A stretch of 64,000 nt of DNA from an uncultured bacterium (GCA_964607485.1 CAZSKP010000004.1:125509-189508); one strand, 5' to 3'; shown: positions 11,524 to 22,218, counted from the stretch's first letter. Translations and numbers: made by a program. The notes: generated from the letters alone by a model not told the origin.

Positions 11524-11605
11524 GATTCTTTCTCCAGATTTGCCTTGCTGCTCCACTGGGGGAATGCCTATGATTTGTGAGCGTCATGAATTATGCTATA
11601 GCTTA

Positions 11606-11622
11606 AGCAGGGAAGATGCCAA
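11606..11622 (-). promoter_or_regulatory. Putative sigma54 (-24/-12) promoter, proximal
   Basis: Minus strand TTGGCATCTTCCCTGCT, GG-N10-GC, about 85 bp upstream of the ATG at 11523. Confidence 0.55.
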
Positions 11623-11955
11623 AGCACTCTATTTATTGAAACTACTTGTCGCGCCTACTGTTTTGCATTCTTTCCATCCACGAAGTTAGCTGCGGGAATA
11701 TACGCCCGTGTAGCTCTCAATCACAGAAATGTAAGTTGGCACTGGGACATTCATTCCCGGATACCGCGTGGAGGATTGTCACACAATATAAACAGTTTTG
11801 TATAAATACATGTAAATATAAACACCATAAGGCAAAAAAATTTTGGAAAATGCCTGAGCGGGGACATGGGGACATGAGGTCGGCTGCACCTGCGGCGCTA
11901 TCGGCGCGCTTGCATCCGTGGTGGGGCGGGATCTTATTTTTGGATGCGAAGGCAA

Positions 11956-11972
11956 AGCAACGCACGTGCCAA
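11956..11972 (-). promoter_or_regulatory. Putative sigma54 promoter, distal, consensus match
   Basis: Minus strand TTGGCACGTGCGTTGCT = TGGCACG-N4-TTGC. Confidence 0.7.
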
Positions 11973-12389
11973 TCGGCCGAGCCCGAGGTGAGAATCAACT
12001 AAACCGTTGCCGGGCAAGAGCTTTAGCACTTTACCGGAAGGAGGCTTCGTGAATGGGCGACTATAGGACTACGAATATCTACTTGGTATTGTTATGCCCC
12101 ACAATCCCATATTACTCAGTGCGCGGACAGCCGTTAGACCGATAAATTAAGGCTATTCTGAGATTCGCAGCACCCGACACGGGTATTTGAGGGGGAGGCC
12201 CATTATGCCCGGCAGGAAACGCATTTCGGGTTTTTCGAATCCCGACGCGATACGGCACGCCCCTGGCATGATGATAAGTTGAAGAAAAGTCGTCTTTTAC
12301 AACAAAAGTCCGCCCTCAGCGTCGCGTTGCCCAAGCAGCGGATGCCGCTTTCCCAGCAGGGGGTGCCGGAAGGAGCCGCGGCCCAATCT

Positions 12390-13532
12390 TCAGAGGCCGG
12401 TGAAGCCCAATTGCGAGATGACGACCCTCATGAATATCCACCTGACAATGAAGGCTCCGATCGCCAGGAAAAAGGCGCCGACGAAACCATAGCCATATGC
12501 GCTCATGAGGACGATGATATTGAGCGCAAGGGTCCAGACAAAGAGCGCCAGGAAGAGCATGCCAACGGCAGCGGCGACGGGACCCATGAGTTGCGGAGAG
12601 GCGACGATGACGACCACTCCAATCACCGCCACGATTACCAGTGTGTAGGTAACAATGCGCGTGACTCCCTCGACGAACGCAAAATAGACGGTGAGCGTGA
12701 TGAAGTTCGTCTCGTCGGCCACGAAAAAGTTCACGGCGGCTATGCTGAGCGAATAGACGAGAAGATTGAGCACGGTCTGACCAACCACCATCACGACGCT
12801 GGGTTGTCTGAACTCCCCTGAACCGATGAGAGAGCCCGCCATCCCCCCCGGCAGTTTATCGGCGATGCTTGCTCCGACGAGAACAAACAGGACCACGGGC
12901 AACAGGCTGATGAAATAGAACGCTGCCACCTTGGCCAGGCCCGACGGAGCCGACAGGTACTCGTCGAATTCGTCAAGCGTCTGGACCGGATGAATGATGA
13001 GATTCACGATGTAGTAGAGGAGACTGTTTGTCTCATATGTCTCCTCCACTCCCGCGTTGGGTCCGGCCGGCGGTTCCATTCCCGGGGGCAGGGCGTCTCG
13101 TTCGCTGATGGGCGTCTCGTATTCGCGCAACAGGACATCTTCGTTCTCGTCTGAATGAAGGAACGCTTCCTCGGGGGGTATGTAGGGCGGGGGCTCCGAA
13201 AAATCGAGGTCTTCCACACGCGGGGCCTCTTCATCCTCCGGGGGGAAAACCGGCGCCGGCTCTTCATAAAGCCTCTCACTCGGGCCTTCGTCCGAAACGA
13301 GGCCGAGCATTCGCTTGCGCGCCCTGAACTCCTCCTTCGCGAGGTCCATCAAGCGAAGCTTTTCCTCGTGCACCTCACGGCGATATTTCCTCCGCTTCTC
13401 CTCCACCGGGATTTTTTCCCGTCCAATGCGCTCCTTCGTCTCGCTCTTGTAATCGTCCAGCCGCCGCTGCATCGACTCCTTTATCTCCCGGCGGAGAGCG
13501 GCTTTCTTCTCCCTTATGTTTCTCTTATCCAT
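12390..13532 (-). CDS. Membrane protein with a charged/acidic N-terminus and a Yip1-like 5-TM C-terminus
   Basis: K/R/E-rich helix, P/E-rich linker, NLIIHP..T motif, then five hydrophobic segments. Confidence 0.7.
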   Translation of the reverse strand: MDKRNIREKKAALRREIKESMQRRLDDYKSETKERIGREKIPVEEKRRKYRREVHEEKLRLMDLAKEEFRARKRMLGLVSDEGPSERLYEEPAPVFPPEDEEAPRVEDLDFSEPPPYIPPEEAFLHSDENEDVLLREYETPISERDALPPGMEPPAGPNAGVEETYETNSLLYYIVNLIIHPVQTLDEFDEYLSAPSGLAKVAAFYFISLLPVVLFVLVGASIADKLPGGMAGSLIGSGEFRQPSVVMVVGQTVLNLLVYSLSIAAVNFFVADETNFITLTVYFAFVEGVTRIVTYTLVIVAVIGVVVIVASPQLMGPVAAAVGMLFLALFVWTLALNIIVLMSAYGYGFVGAFFLAIGAFIVRWIFMRVVISQLGFTGL

Positions 13533-13705
13533 GGATGCGTCTGCAATCTTTGACCGTCAGCTCTATTAGAGATGCATTCAAATAATAGCATACCCTTTGA
13601 ATACAGCGCAAATTTCGGGACGCCGATGGAGAAAACTTGCGGCAGTCTCCCCATCCGACAACAAGGCCCCGGTTCGCGACACGCCGCCGGGGCCCATGAG
13701 ACGTT

Positions 13706-15208
13706 TCAATTCTCGACCGCTTTCTGCGCCTTGTGGTTGCGGAAGATCCTCGCGAACGAAAAAGCGATCACGAAGGCCAGAATCACCACTCCCCAGCCGC
13801 CCACGAACAGCGACCATTGAGGATAACCTTCATACGGCACGCGAATGCGCTGGACGAATTCGCTCGCAATCATGAATATAAGGACGAGCGGAGTCAAATA
13901 CTTTATGCACACGCTCCACCACCGTCCCACGGAAAAATCGGAAGTGGAATTGACGAACTCTCGCATCTTCTCGGCCCCGAAGAACCAGCCGATGGCGAGG
14001 CACTCGAACAGGCCGAAAATCGTCAGCCCGAAATTGTTAATGTGGCGGTCCACAATGTCGAGCCAGTACAGCCCCGCATCCGTGCAGAACAGCAATCCCC
14101 CGAGCAGAGCCAGAATGCATGTAATGAGGCTGATCGTCTCGCGCTTGACGGGGATATAGTCATGGAACCCGGCGACCACCGCCTCCACCAGCGAAAAGGC
14201 CGAGTCGATTGCGAGAGTGAGCAGCGTGAGGAAGAACAGGAATCCGAACAGCGCAGGCAGATAGGGCATCAAGCTGATGGCCGTCGGGTACGTGACGAAC
14301 GCCAGGCCCGGCCCGCTGGATACCACTTCCGACACGGCCACGCCCTGCTGAACGGCCAGAAAACCCAACACCGTGAAAACAGCGAAGCCGGCGATGAAGC
14401 TGACGGCGGCATCCAGCGCGACCACCCATATGGCATTTGCGTTGATGTCCGAATTCTTGGGCAAATAGCTGGCATATGCGGGCATCACGCCGAACGCGAG
14501 CGTGATGCTGAAGAACACCTGCGAGTAGGCGGACAGCCATACGCGGTGGTCGAGCAGCTTCTCCCATTCGGGCCGAAGATAGAATGACACTCCCTCCAGC
14601 GCCCCCGGCAGCGTGAAACCCCGGATTACGAACAGTATGATGATAACGACCGGCAGCGGCACCGTCCACATCACGATTTTCGAGACCACCTTGGTTCCCT
14701 TGAAGATTGAAAGATAGATGAGAATCCACGCGGCGACGGACCCCGCCAAAAGCACGGGCACTATCTTGGTTATATCGCCCGGCCCCGAAGAAAGTTGGAG
14801 CACCTGCTTGAAGAAGTGAGCTTCGGCATCGCTTCCCCATGCAAGGGTCAGAGATTTGAACAGATAAATGATGGTCCAGCCCATCACCACGGCGTAAAAG
14901 CAACAGATGATAAAGCCATTGGCGAGCGTGCCCCAGCCGATCCAGCGCATGCCCGAACGGATGTCTCCGAACGCGGCGGGCGCGCCGTTGACCTCCCAAC
15001 GCGCGCGGCCCCAACAGCCGACGGCCATCTCCAGAACCAACAACGGAAAACCGGCCGTGACCAGCGCGATCAGCCACGGTATCAGAAATACCGCGCCGCC
15101 GCTGTCATACACGATATAGGGAAACCTCCAGAGGTTTCCCAGGCCGACCGCACTGCCGACAGCGGCCAGCACAAACGTAGTCCGACTGCTCCACTGTTCG
15201 CTTGCCAC
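13706..15208 (-). CDS. Sodium-dependent transporter, NSS/SNF family
   Basis: WSSR..FVLAAVGSAVGLGNLWRFPY; GPGLAFVTYP; RBS AAGGGAGAG. Confidence 0.95.
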   Translation of the reverse strand: MASEQWSSRTTFVLAAVGSAVGLGNLWRFPYIVYDSGGAVFLIPWLIALVTAGFPLLVLEMAVGCWGRARWEVNGAPAAFGDIRSGMRWIGWGTLANGFIICCFYAVVMGWTIIYLFKSLTLAWGSDAEAHFFKQVLQLSSGPGDITKIVPVLLAGSVAAWILIYLSIFKGTKVVSKIVMWTVPLPVVIIILFVIRGFTLPGALEGVSFYLRPEWEKLLDHRVWLSAYSQVFFSITLAFGVMPAYASYLPKNSDINANAIWVVALDAAVSFIAGFAVFTVLGFLAVQQGVAVSEVVSSGPGLAFVTYPTAISLMPYLPALFGFLFFLTLLTLAIDSAFSLVEAVVAGFHDYIPVKRETISLITCILALLGGLLFCTDAGLYWLDIVDRHINNFGLTIFGLFECLAIGWFFGAEKMREFVNSTSDFSVGRWWSVCIKYLTPLVLIFMIASEFVQRIRVPYEGYPQWSLFVGGWGVVILAFVIAFSFARIFRNHKAQKAVEN

Positions 15209-15417
15209 CTCTCCCTTCTCCTTTTCCAGATTTAGAATCGGCAGTCAACTTGTCTGAGGCTTATCGTACGAAATGACATATTAACATAAACTCTATCTTG
15301 AGTCACTAGAAAAACCGGGCTCGAGTAGTGTCCGGCAAGGTATCTGCCTGCTTTTCCAGACAGCCCATAACGTTTCGCATACGCTCCTTCTTCCTGATGG
15401 ATCATAAGGAATCTCAG

Positions 15418-15508
15418 GTAGGGGCAGGCCCCCGTGGTTGCCCGTTTTTTCCCATGATACCGCAAATATTCACGAGCGCGCGAGGCAGGCACAGGGGCCT
15501 GCCTCTAC
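15418..15508. repeat. REPIN-like pair of inverted GTAG-type REP sequences
   Basis: GTAGGGGCAGGCCCCCGTGGTTGCCC ... AGGCAGGCACAGGGGCCTGCCTCTAC. Confidence 0.75.
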
Positions 15509-15589
15509 TTCGAATCGGTCTTCGGAATAAGACGCGTTGTTCGCGTGGGATGGATTCACCCGTGCAGGGAAGAGTGGAAGAGATTCCGC

Positions 15590-16747
15590 TCAGAGCCGCA
15601 GCACCCTGGCGAGCGGGCCGCTGCCGACCGTTATTGCGCCCTGAGGGCACATCTCCTGACAGCAGAAGCAGCGAATGCACTGCTTGAGGTCGAACCGAAG
15701 GGAATCGTTGTGGGCGGTGATGACGTGCGCGGGACAGTTATTAACGCATACGAGACACATCTCGCATTTGCGCGAATCGACAACGGGCCGCGTCGTCAGC
15801 CAGTCGCGCAAATAGTCTCTGAGGAAGCCGGGGAAAAGCCCTATCAAGTCGCTGGTCTCGGGAAAAACGAAGCCGGCCACCTTGCAATCTTCAAGACGCT
15901 CACCGGCGGTCGAGATCTCTCGCAGCCGCGTCTGCCCCGCTCCCATTTCCTCCGCGGCCAGAATCGTCGGCATTCGGTCTCGTGGCAGTCCGACTATCTC
16001 GCACACGACGGTGTCCAGCGCCACGGCGTCCTCGGACGCCAGGACGAGCCCCATCCTCTTGAGGTCGCCGTTCTGCGGGCCGTTGCCGTGCATGGCGGTA
16101 ATCCCGTCCATGAGCGTCAGCCGCGGGGACACCTTGCGGTAAAGATCGACCAGCATTCGCGCGAAATTCATCCGGTCGGCGCCGGCGGCCAGGTGCCACT
16201 GCGATTTGCGCGTGCCCGGCACTACGCCAAACATATTCTTCACGCCGAGGGTGAGCGTCATCTGTCCGTGCGTCTTCAATTTGGGGAGATTTATGACGAC
16301 GTCGGCGTCGAGGACCGACCGGTCGATCTTGAACCTCTTGTATTTTGCGCCGTCGGGACTGTCCACATCCACGGGATTGTCGAAATTGACAACCTCCACT
16401 TTCTCCTCTTTGGCCACAGCGGCGATCCCGCACTTCGAGGCAACCCTCACGGCGCTCCCCATGGCCGGGCTGTCCCCGATCAGGGGCTTGCCGCCCGCCT
16501 TCTTCACCAACCCGACGACCGCGCGGACGATCTCCGGATGGGTGGTCACGTGCTTGTCGGTCGGCCTGCCTATGAGCAAATTGGGCTTGAGAAGAACTCG
16601 GTCCCCCTTTTTCACAAAACGGTCGATCCCGCCCAGCTCATCGACCGCCTTATCGACGGCTTTGAAAACCTTCTGCGAGCCATAGCTGCCGCATCGCGAC
16701 ACAGCCACTCGCGCGCTTTTTTCAGCGCTCTTCTTCGACTTCCCCAT
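15590..16747 (-). CDS. DUF362 family protein with a C-terminal 2x[4Fe-4S] ferredoxin domain
   Basis: VLLKPNL, TTHP, NLPKLKTH, GVKNMFG, CEMCLVCVNNCP, CIRCFCCQEMCP. Confidence 0.9.
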   Translation of the reverse strand: MGKSKKSAEKSARVAVSRCGSYGSQKVFKAVDKAVDELGGIDRFVKKGDRVLLKPNLLIGRPTDKHVTTHPEIVRAVVGLVKKAGGKPLIGDSPAMGSAVRVASKCGIAAVAKEEKVEVVNFDNPVDVDSPDGAKYKRFKIDRSVLDADVVINLPKLKTHGQMTLTLGVKNMFGVVPGTRKSQWHLAAGADRMNFARMLVDLYRKVSPRLTLMDGITAMHGNGPQNGDLKRMGLVLASEDAVALDTVVCEIVGLPRDRMPTILAAEEMGAGQTRLREISTAGERLEDCKVAGFVFPETSDLIGLFPGFLRDYLRDWLTTRPVVDSRKCEMCLVCVNNCPAHVITAHNDSLRFDLKQCIRCFCCQEMCPQGAITVGSGPLARVLRL

Positions 16748-16958
16748 CGGGCAGCTCTCCCCCAAAATTGGATGGGTCGCGGACAATCTTGTGCAGCCCC
16801 GTCCCGTTCTCAGAAAGACGAAAACCCTCGGAGTCGCGCGAACCGATGCCCAGACCCGAGGTCCGACTGAATATCTGGCGAAACACCAGAAAAAGATGAA
16901 GGCCGTACAAGCCGATGGACACGCCCAGAATTAATTTTGCAATCGTTTCGATGCTCAT
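16722..16958 (-). CDS. Small hypothetical membrane protein (uncertain)
   Basis: 78 aa with an N-terminal hydrophobic helix; overlaps the DUF362 start. Confidence 0.35.
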   Translation of the reverse strand: MSIETIAKLILGVSIGLYGLHLFLVFRQIFSRTSGLGIGSRDSEGFRLSENGTGLHKIVRDPSNFGGELPDGEVEEER

Positions 16959-17257
16959 CTCAACGCACTGCCAATAAAATACTTACGCAATCCAGCATCA
17001 ATCGGTCAACCCCTCGATCTGCTCCATTATAACACGTTCCTGCCCGCATTCAAAGGGGCCCGTTGTTCCGCTGTCCGAAAGCGGCCGGACTGCCTCGAAG
17101 TGGTCACCGACCGGCAGGGGCTTTGGCATGATATTTTCTCCCCTTCGCGGTGGAAAAGTGCGTCGGCTCTCCTCAAAACAGGGGAGGAATAATACATTTG
17201 CTGCCTGAAAAAGGTCAAGCGAGGCTTTCGCGGCCGGCTCGGGCGCAGGGTGGCCCC

Positions 17258-18103
17258 ATGAGCGATTCTGCCGAACAGTTCAAGAAGAAATTGATGGCCA
17301 TAAAGGAGATCTCCACCCTCCCTCAGGTGATGATAAGGATAATGGAGATAATCACCGACGAAAGCTCGTGCGCATCCGACCTTGCGAGCGAGATCGCAAA
17401 TGACACCTCGCTCACCGCCAAGATACTCAAAATGGTGAACTCCGCCTACTATGGTTTCTACAGGGAAATAGTCAAGGTGTCGGACGCCGTCGTCGTGCTC
17501 GGGTTCAACGAAATCAGACGTCTCTCGCTCGCAATCTCCGTGCTCGACATGTTCGGCCCCGGCAACCGGGCGGAACATCGTCTGAGACTCTGGAATCACT
17601 CGTTCGGATGTGCCGCGTTGAGCGACATCATCGCGAAGGAGTGGGGCATATTCGACAGGGGCGCATTCACGGCCGGACTGCTGCACGACATCGGCAAGGC
17701 GGTACTCGACCAGTATTTCCCCAGCATGTTCTCAGCCATTCAGGCCTGCATGCGGGAACACTCATTGAAGGCGCACGAGGCGGAAAGACAGCTATTCGAA
17801 TTCGACCATGCCGATGTCGGCTATTGGTTGTCCGAACGATGGAACCTTCCGGTAAGCCTGAGCGAAGCCATCCACTTTCATCACCGGCCGGAAGCAGCCG
17901 AAGAGGCGCCCGAACTCGCGACGCTCGTCCATCTGGCCGACGGCCTCGTGAACGAGTTCATGAGTCTTAAAGCTGCGGGCGTGCCTCTGACCGATGTGTC
18001 GGCCGAAGATGGCGAGGAGTTCTCGTCCGAGAAGAAGGCGGCCCTCCTTCTCGAACTGGAAAGAAGGATGAAGAGTTCGGCGGCGGCGAACAGTTTCCTC
18101 TGA
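17258..18103 (+). CDS. HDOD domain signalling protein
   Basis: TLPQV, ILKMVNSAYYG, LWNHS, AGLLHDIGK, DHADVG...WNLP...HFHH. Confidence 0.92.
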   Translation: MSDSAEQFKKKLMAIKEISTLPQVMIRIMEIITDESSCASDLASEIANDTSLTAKILKMVNSAYYGFYREIVKVSDAVVVLGFNEIRRLSLAISVLDMFGPGNRAEHRLRLWNHSFGCAALSDIIAKEWGIFDRGAFTAGLLHDIGKAVLDQYFPSMFSAIQACMREHSLKAHEAERQLFEFDHADVGYWLSERWNLPVSLSEAIHFHHRPEAAEEAPELATLVHLADGLVNEFMSLKAAGVPLTDVSAEDGEEFSSEKKAALLLELERRMKSSAAANSFL

Positions 18104-18144
18104 TCGTTCGAGCATGAGTCGTCGAACCACGGGGGCATTCACGA

Positions 18145-19980
18145 ATGAGGCTCGAAAAACGCATCTCCCACGAAGATTACATAATAAAGGCCCTGAGCAT
18201 TCTCGAACGGCGCGCCACAGAGGAAGACCCGGCGCTGGGCGCCCAAGCTCACACCGGGGACGAACCGGGAGAGACGTTGCTTCGGGGACTGAATTCGCTC
18301 CACGAGTCATGGCGTGACGCGACCGAAAACGTCAAGCGAATGAAGAGGGAACTGGCCGTCTTCAGGGAGGTCACCGCCGAGACGGGACGTCGGCTGGAGA
18401 GAAAGATTGAGGAGCTTTCCTTGCTTCGGCTCATCACCGACACGACCAGTCGGGCCATAATGTCGCAGGATCCGTTCAAGCCCGTGCTCGATACGGTCAT
18501 CGCAAAAGTCGGAGCCGACAACGGTTCGATCATCCTGCTCAGCCAGGAAACCGGGCGCTTCGAGTTGAGAACCGCCGGCGGAGAAGAATATTCCCAGCTC
18601 GACAAGCCGCAATTCGACCTGACGGAGAAAGTTGCAAGCGTGGTCGTCTCCTCGGGCGAGCCGTGTCTCATCGACGACGCCCGCAGCGACCCCCGCTTCG
18701 GGATGTCGAGCGACACAGACCACGGTATCGGCTCCCTCGCGTCGTTTCCGCTTGTCGCCGAGGGCAAAACGGTGGGCGTCCTGACCGTGAGCAGCCGGCA
18801 TTCCAACACCTTCGGCGCCGAGACAACGCGCATGATGCACATCATAGCCGGCCAGATTGCCGTCGCCGTCCAGAATGCCAGGCTGTACGGTGAGGTGAGG
18901 AAGACGAAAGAATATCTGGAGAATCTCGTCGAGAGGGCGGGCGACGCGATTTTCACCCTCGACCACGGTCACAACATAGTTTCCTGGAACAAGGGCGCCG
19001 AAATGATTTTCAAGCGGGACAAGCAGGCCGTGGTCGGCTCGGCCATTTACAACCTGGTCCCGGGGAGCTCATCGCCCATGCTGCGAGAGCACGTCGACGG
19101 CGTCCTCGGTGCCGAAAGCATCGTCACAGTCGAGACCGATGTGGCGAGGGGAGACGGCCAGACGACCCAGATCGCACTCACGCTTTCCCCCATCCATGGG
19201 GCAGAGGGCGAAGTGGTGGGCGTATCGGGCATCGCGAAGGATATCACCGAGCGCAAGCGGGTGGAGGAAGAACTGCGACACCTGAATGCCGCCAAGACAA
19301 GCTTCGTCTCCACCGTCTCTCACGAACTGCGCACTCCGCTCACCTCAATCAAGAGCTATGTCGAAATTCTCCTGCACGACGTAGCCTCGCTCCCCGAGGA
19401 CACCGTGAAAAGGTATCTGAACATCATGAACGAGGAGTGCGACCGGCTGACAGGGCTCATTTCCACCGTGCTCGACCTGCAGAAGCTGAATGCGGGCAAG
19501 CTCGAGGCACGGCTGGAGCCGCTGCTGCTTTCCGACCTCGTCCGACAGGCGGCCGAGCTGTTCGATAGTGTGGCGCTTCGAAACCGAACAGAGCTGAGCA
19601 GGGAATTCCTCGTGCCCGACCACATGACCAAAGTCATGGGCGACCGCAAGCGCTTGATGCAGATTCTGTCCAACCTGTTCTCGAACGCATTCAAATACAC
19701 CGACGCCGGCGGCCACGTTCTCGTCACGCTCGCCCGCGAGGACGAAGAAGTGAAGCTCACCGTCAAGGACAACGGCATCGGCATACCGAAGGCAGAGTTG
19801 GACAATGTCTTCGAAAAGTTCTACCAGGTGAACAACTCGACCACGCGAACAAAGGGCGGCACCGGACTCGGCCTGGCGATAACGAAAGAACTCGTCGCAC
19901 TCCACCGGGGACGGATTTGGGTGGAGAGCGAAGAGGGGAGAGGATGCAGCTTCAGCGTCCTGTTTCCGGCCATCGAATAG
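18145..19980 (+). CDS. GAF-PAS sensor histidine kinase
   Basis: GAF then PAS (SWNKGAE, KDITERK); H-box VSHELRTPL, N-box NAFKY, G-boxes DNGIG and GTGLGL. Confidence 0.95.
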   Translation: MRLEKRISHEDYIIKALSILERRATEEDPALGAQAHTGDEPGETLLRGLNSLHESWRDATENVKRMKRELAVFREVTAETGRRLERKIEELSLLRLITDTTSRAIMSQDPFKPVLDTVIAKVGADNGSIILLSQETGRFELRTAGGEEYSQLDKPQFDLTEKVASVVVSSGEPCLIDDARSDPRFGMSSDTDHGIGSLASFPLVAEGKTVGVLTVSSRHSNTFGAETTRMMHIIAGQIAVAVQNARLYGEVRKTKEYLENLVERAGDAIFTLDHGHNIVSWNKGAEMIFKRDKQAVVGSAIYNLVPGSSSPMLREHVDGVLGAESIVTVETDVARGDGQTTQIALTLSPIHGAEGEVVGVSGIAKDITERKRVEEELRHLNAAKTSFVSTVSHELRTPLTSIKSYVEILLHDVASLPEDTVKRYLNIMNEECDRLTGLISTVLDLQKLNAGKLEARLEPLLLSDLVRQAAELFDSVALRNRTELSREFLVPDHMTKVMGDRKRLMQILSNLFSNAFKYTDAGGHVLVTLAREDEEVKLTVKDNGIGIPKAELDNVFEKFYQVNNSTTRTKGGTGLGLAITKELVALHRGRIWVESEEGRGCSFSVLFPAIE

Positions 19981-20107
19981 GCCGCACGGCGAGCCGGCCG
20001 GAAGGGCTCAAAGCATGGCGAGGGCGTATCGAATCCGCTCGTTCCACGCGGTGTTTCGAGTGTGTCTGAACGATTTCCTCCGGGCATCAACACACGCTTC
20101 GGACCGT

Positions 20108-20136
20108 TTGACAAAGCCAGGCCGACGTGCTACGAT
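20108..20136 (+). promoter_or_regulatory. Sigma70-type promoter of clpX
   Basis: TTGACA-17 bp-TACGAT with TGn extension. Confidence 0.65.
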
Positions 20137-20186
20137 TTCTCTGGGCGCGCGGGTGACACTCCGGCGTCAAAGAGGGAGCAAGCAGT

Positions 20187-21242
20187 ATGAAGACCGCTCG
20201 CCGTGAATATCCCGACCTTCTCACTCCGGCACAGATATACACCCACCTGAACCAGTATGTCATAGGGCAGGAACGCGCCAAGCGCATCGTCGCCATTGCC
20301 GCCTACAACCACCAGAAACGCATCCTTCACAAGAAGGCCGGCCAGCCCAACCCGATCAAGAAATCCAACACCCTCCTCATCGGACCCACCGGCTGCGGCA
20401 AGACACACATAGCCAGGAACCTGGCGAATGTGCTCAACCTTCCCTTCACGGTCGTCGATGCCACCGAGTACACCGAGGCCGGCTACTACGGAAAAGACGT
20501 GGAGGTGATGGTCGCCGAGCTGCTGTTCAAAACCGGCGGTCGCACCGACGAGACACAGAGGGGAATCATATTCATCGACGAGATAGACAAGGTCGCCAGA
20601 CGCTCCCACGGCGCACGCACCGGCGCGGGTGCGCGCGACATAGGCGGCGAGGGCGTTCAGCAGGCCCTGCTGAAGCTGCTCGAGGGCTCCGAGGTGTTCG
20701 TCCCGCTCAACGTCACCCAGCACTGGAGCAAGCACGACTTCGTGCTCGTGGACACCTCCGAGATACTTTTCATCTGCGCGGGCACGTTCTCAGACATGCC
20801 GCTCATTCAGCATCAACTCAGGCCCGTCGGCTTCCGAAGCAAGAAGACGGGGGAACGGGCCAAGCAGCGCAGAAGAGTGACCACGAAGGATTTGCTCGAG
20901 TACGGAATGCTGGCCGAATTCCTCGGCAGACTGCCCGTCGTGGTCGAGCTCGAGGCGTTGACCGCCGAGGACATGATGCGAATTCTCAAGGAACCGCCCG
21001 ACTCCATCCTGAAGGAATATACCCACCTGCTCAGCCTCGACAACATCGAGATCAGGTTCACCGACGGCGCGCTCAGGCTGGTGATAGAACACTCCCTGAA
21101 AACCAACCTGGGAGCGCGCGGCCTTCGCTCGATAATGGAAGAGGTCATGCACGACATCATGTTCGACGCGCCCGCTTCAAGGGGTAAGAAGGTCACCATC
21201 GACAAGCGCTTCGTCGTAAAACGACTGGCGAAGCTGGAGTGA
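20187..21242 (+). CDS. clpX: ClpX-family AAA+ ATPase lacking the N-terminal Zn-binding domain
   Basis: YVIGQERAK, KSNTLLIGPTGCGKT, IFIDEIDK, GEGVQQALLK, VGF loop, LGARGLRSI. Confidence 0.88.
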   Translation: MKTARREYPDLLTPAQIYTHLNQYVIGQERAKRIVAIAAYNHQKRILHKKAGQPNPIKKSNTLLIGPTGCGKTHIARNLANVLNLPFTVVDATEYTEAGYYGKDVEVMVAELLFKTGGRTDETQRGIIFIDEIDKVARRSHGARTGAGARDIGGEGVQQALLKLLEGSEVFVPLNVTQHWSKHDFVLVDTSEILFICAGTFSDMPLIQHQLRPVGFRSKKTGERAKQRRRVTTKDLLEYGMLAEFLGRLPVVVELEALTAEDMMRILKEPPDSILKEYTHLLSLDNIEIRFTDGALRLVIEHSLKTNLGARGLRSIMEEVMHDIMFDAPASRGKKVTIDKRFVVKRLAKLE

Positions 21243-21397
21243 ACTCCAAACTGCCATAAGGGCGGCTCAACATTCTCAGAGAACTCTGTGTCCTCTGTGG
21301 CTAAAACGAAGGCTTGCTTGTGGCGGGGCCGCGTATGGTTTCATCATGAAAATGCGCGTTCAGTTCGGCTTTGCGCTATGCCGATTCGGGCAGGCTC

Positions 21398-21655
21398 TCA
21401 CCAATACTTCGGGTTGGGCTCTTTCGGGGCCGCCGGGCCGGAGGTCAGGCTCTTCACGAAGTTCTTGGCGGCGTCGATGATCTCGAGATGAATGTTCCGA
21501 TAGCGGGTGAACTGGAGCGCCACAATTATAATGATGAGGATCACAAGCCCGCTGACGGCGTTCGCCAGCCACCGTCGGTTCAACCGACGCTGCTGTCTCT
21601 CGAACATCCGGTTCGCCTGGGCGGCGTCCGCGTCTTCACTTCTTTTCCGAGCCAT
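21398..21655 (-). CDS. Small single-TM hypothetical protein
   Basis: Basic N-terminus, one TM (LVILIIIIVAL), directly downstream of the PilZ gene. Confidence 0.55.
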   Translation of the reverse strand: MARKRSEDADAAQANRMFERQQRRLNRRWLANAVSGLVILIIIIVALQFTRYRNIHLEIIDAAKNFVKSLTSGPAAPKEPNPKYW

Positions 21656-21690
21656 TCTGATCACCCCTCATCTTGCCGAGAACGGAAGAA

Positions 21691-22053
21691 TCATCGCCTC
21701 TTTCTTGGCGTCATCGTCCCGAGAATTTTCCGGAGAAGCTCCCTGTCGGCATTCTTGAACCCGACAAACAGGACGCCCGCGCAGTAGCGCAACGTGTTCT
21801 TGTCAAACGTGTACCAGAGGATATTGGCCAGCGTATCCAGCCGCACGGGCCGGCCTTCCTCATCCGTCGTCTCTATTGAAAGGTTGAGAATAGTCTCGTT
21901 GGATATGTCCATTTCCGTCGTGAAGGAAAGGCCTTCGATGCTTATGTCCTTCACGCGCAGACGTTGTTCTCTCTTGGCGGGAAACACGGCGGTTGCGACA
22001 AGCGATTCAGGCGCGCGATACCGTGGAGACAGGCGTCTTTCTTCCTGAATCAT
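21691..22053 (-). CDS. Stand-alone PilZ domain protein
   Basis: RRLSPR (RxxxR) and DISIEG (DxSxxG); RBS GAGGAG. Confidence 0.85.
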   Translation of the reverse strand: MIQEERRLSPRYRAPESLVATAVFPAKREQRLRVKDISIEGLSFTTEMDISNETILNLSIETTDEEGRPVRLDTLANILWYTFDKNTLRYCAGVLFVGFKNADRELLRKILGTMTPRKRR

Positions 22054-22218
22054 CGGGGACTCCTCAAATGGGCGACGAAGGACCCTCTTCCTCCATAACC
22101 GTATCGACATAAAGATCATATACGAATCGCCCCGTTCTTTTCAAGAACATTATTCCTGGGGGCTCCCTGTCTTAAATGGTGCATTCTTGAACGGCGTATC
22201 GTTCGAAAAATAGTTGGA

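Noticed and set aside
12253-12268. Plus-strand sigma54-like motif CGGCACGCCCCTGGCA
   Set aside because: Poor -12 element, and it points only at an antisense ORF.
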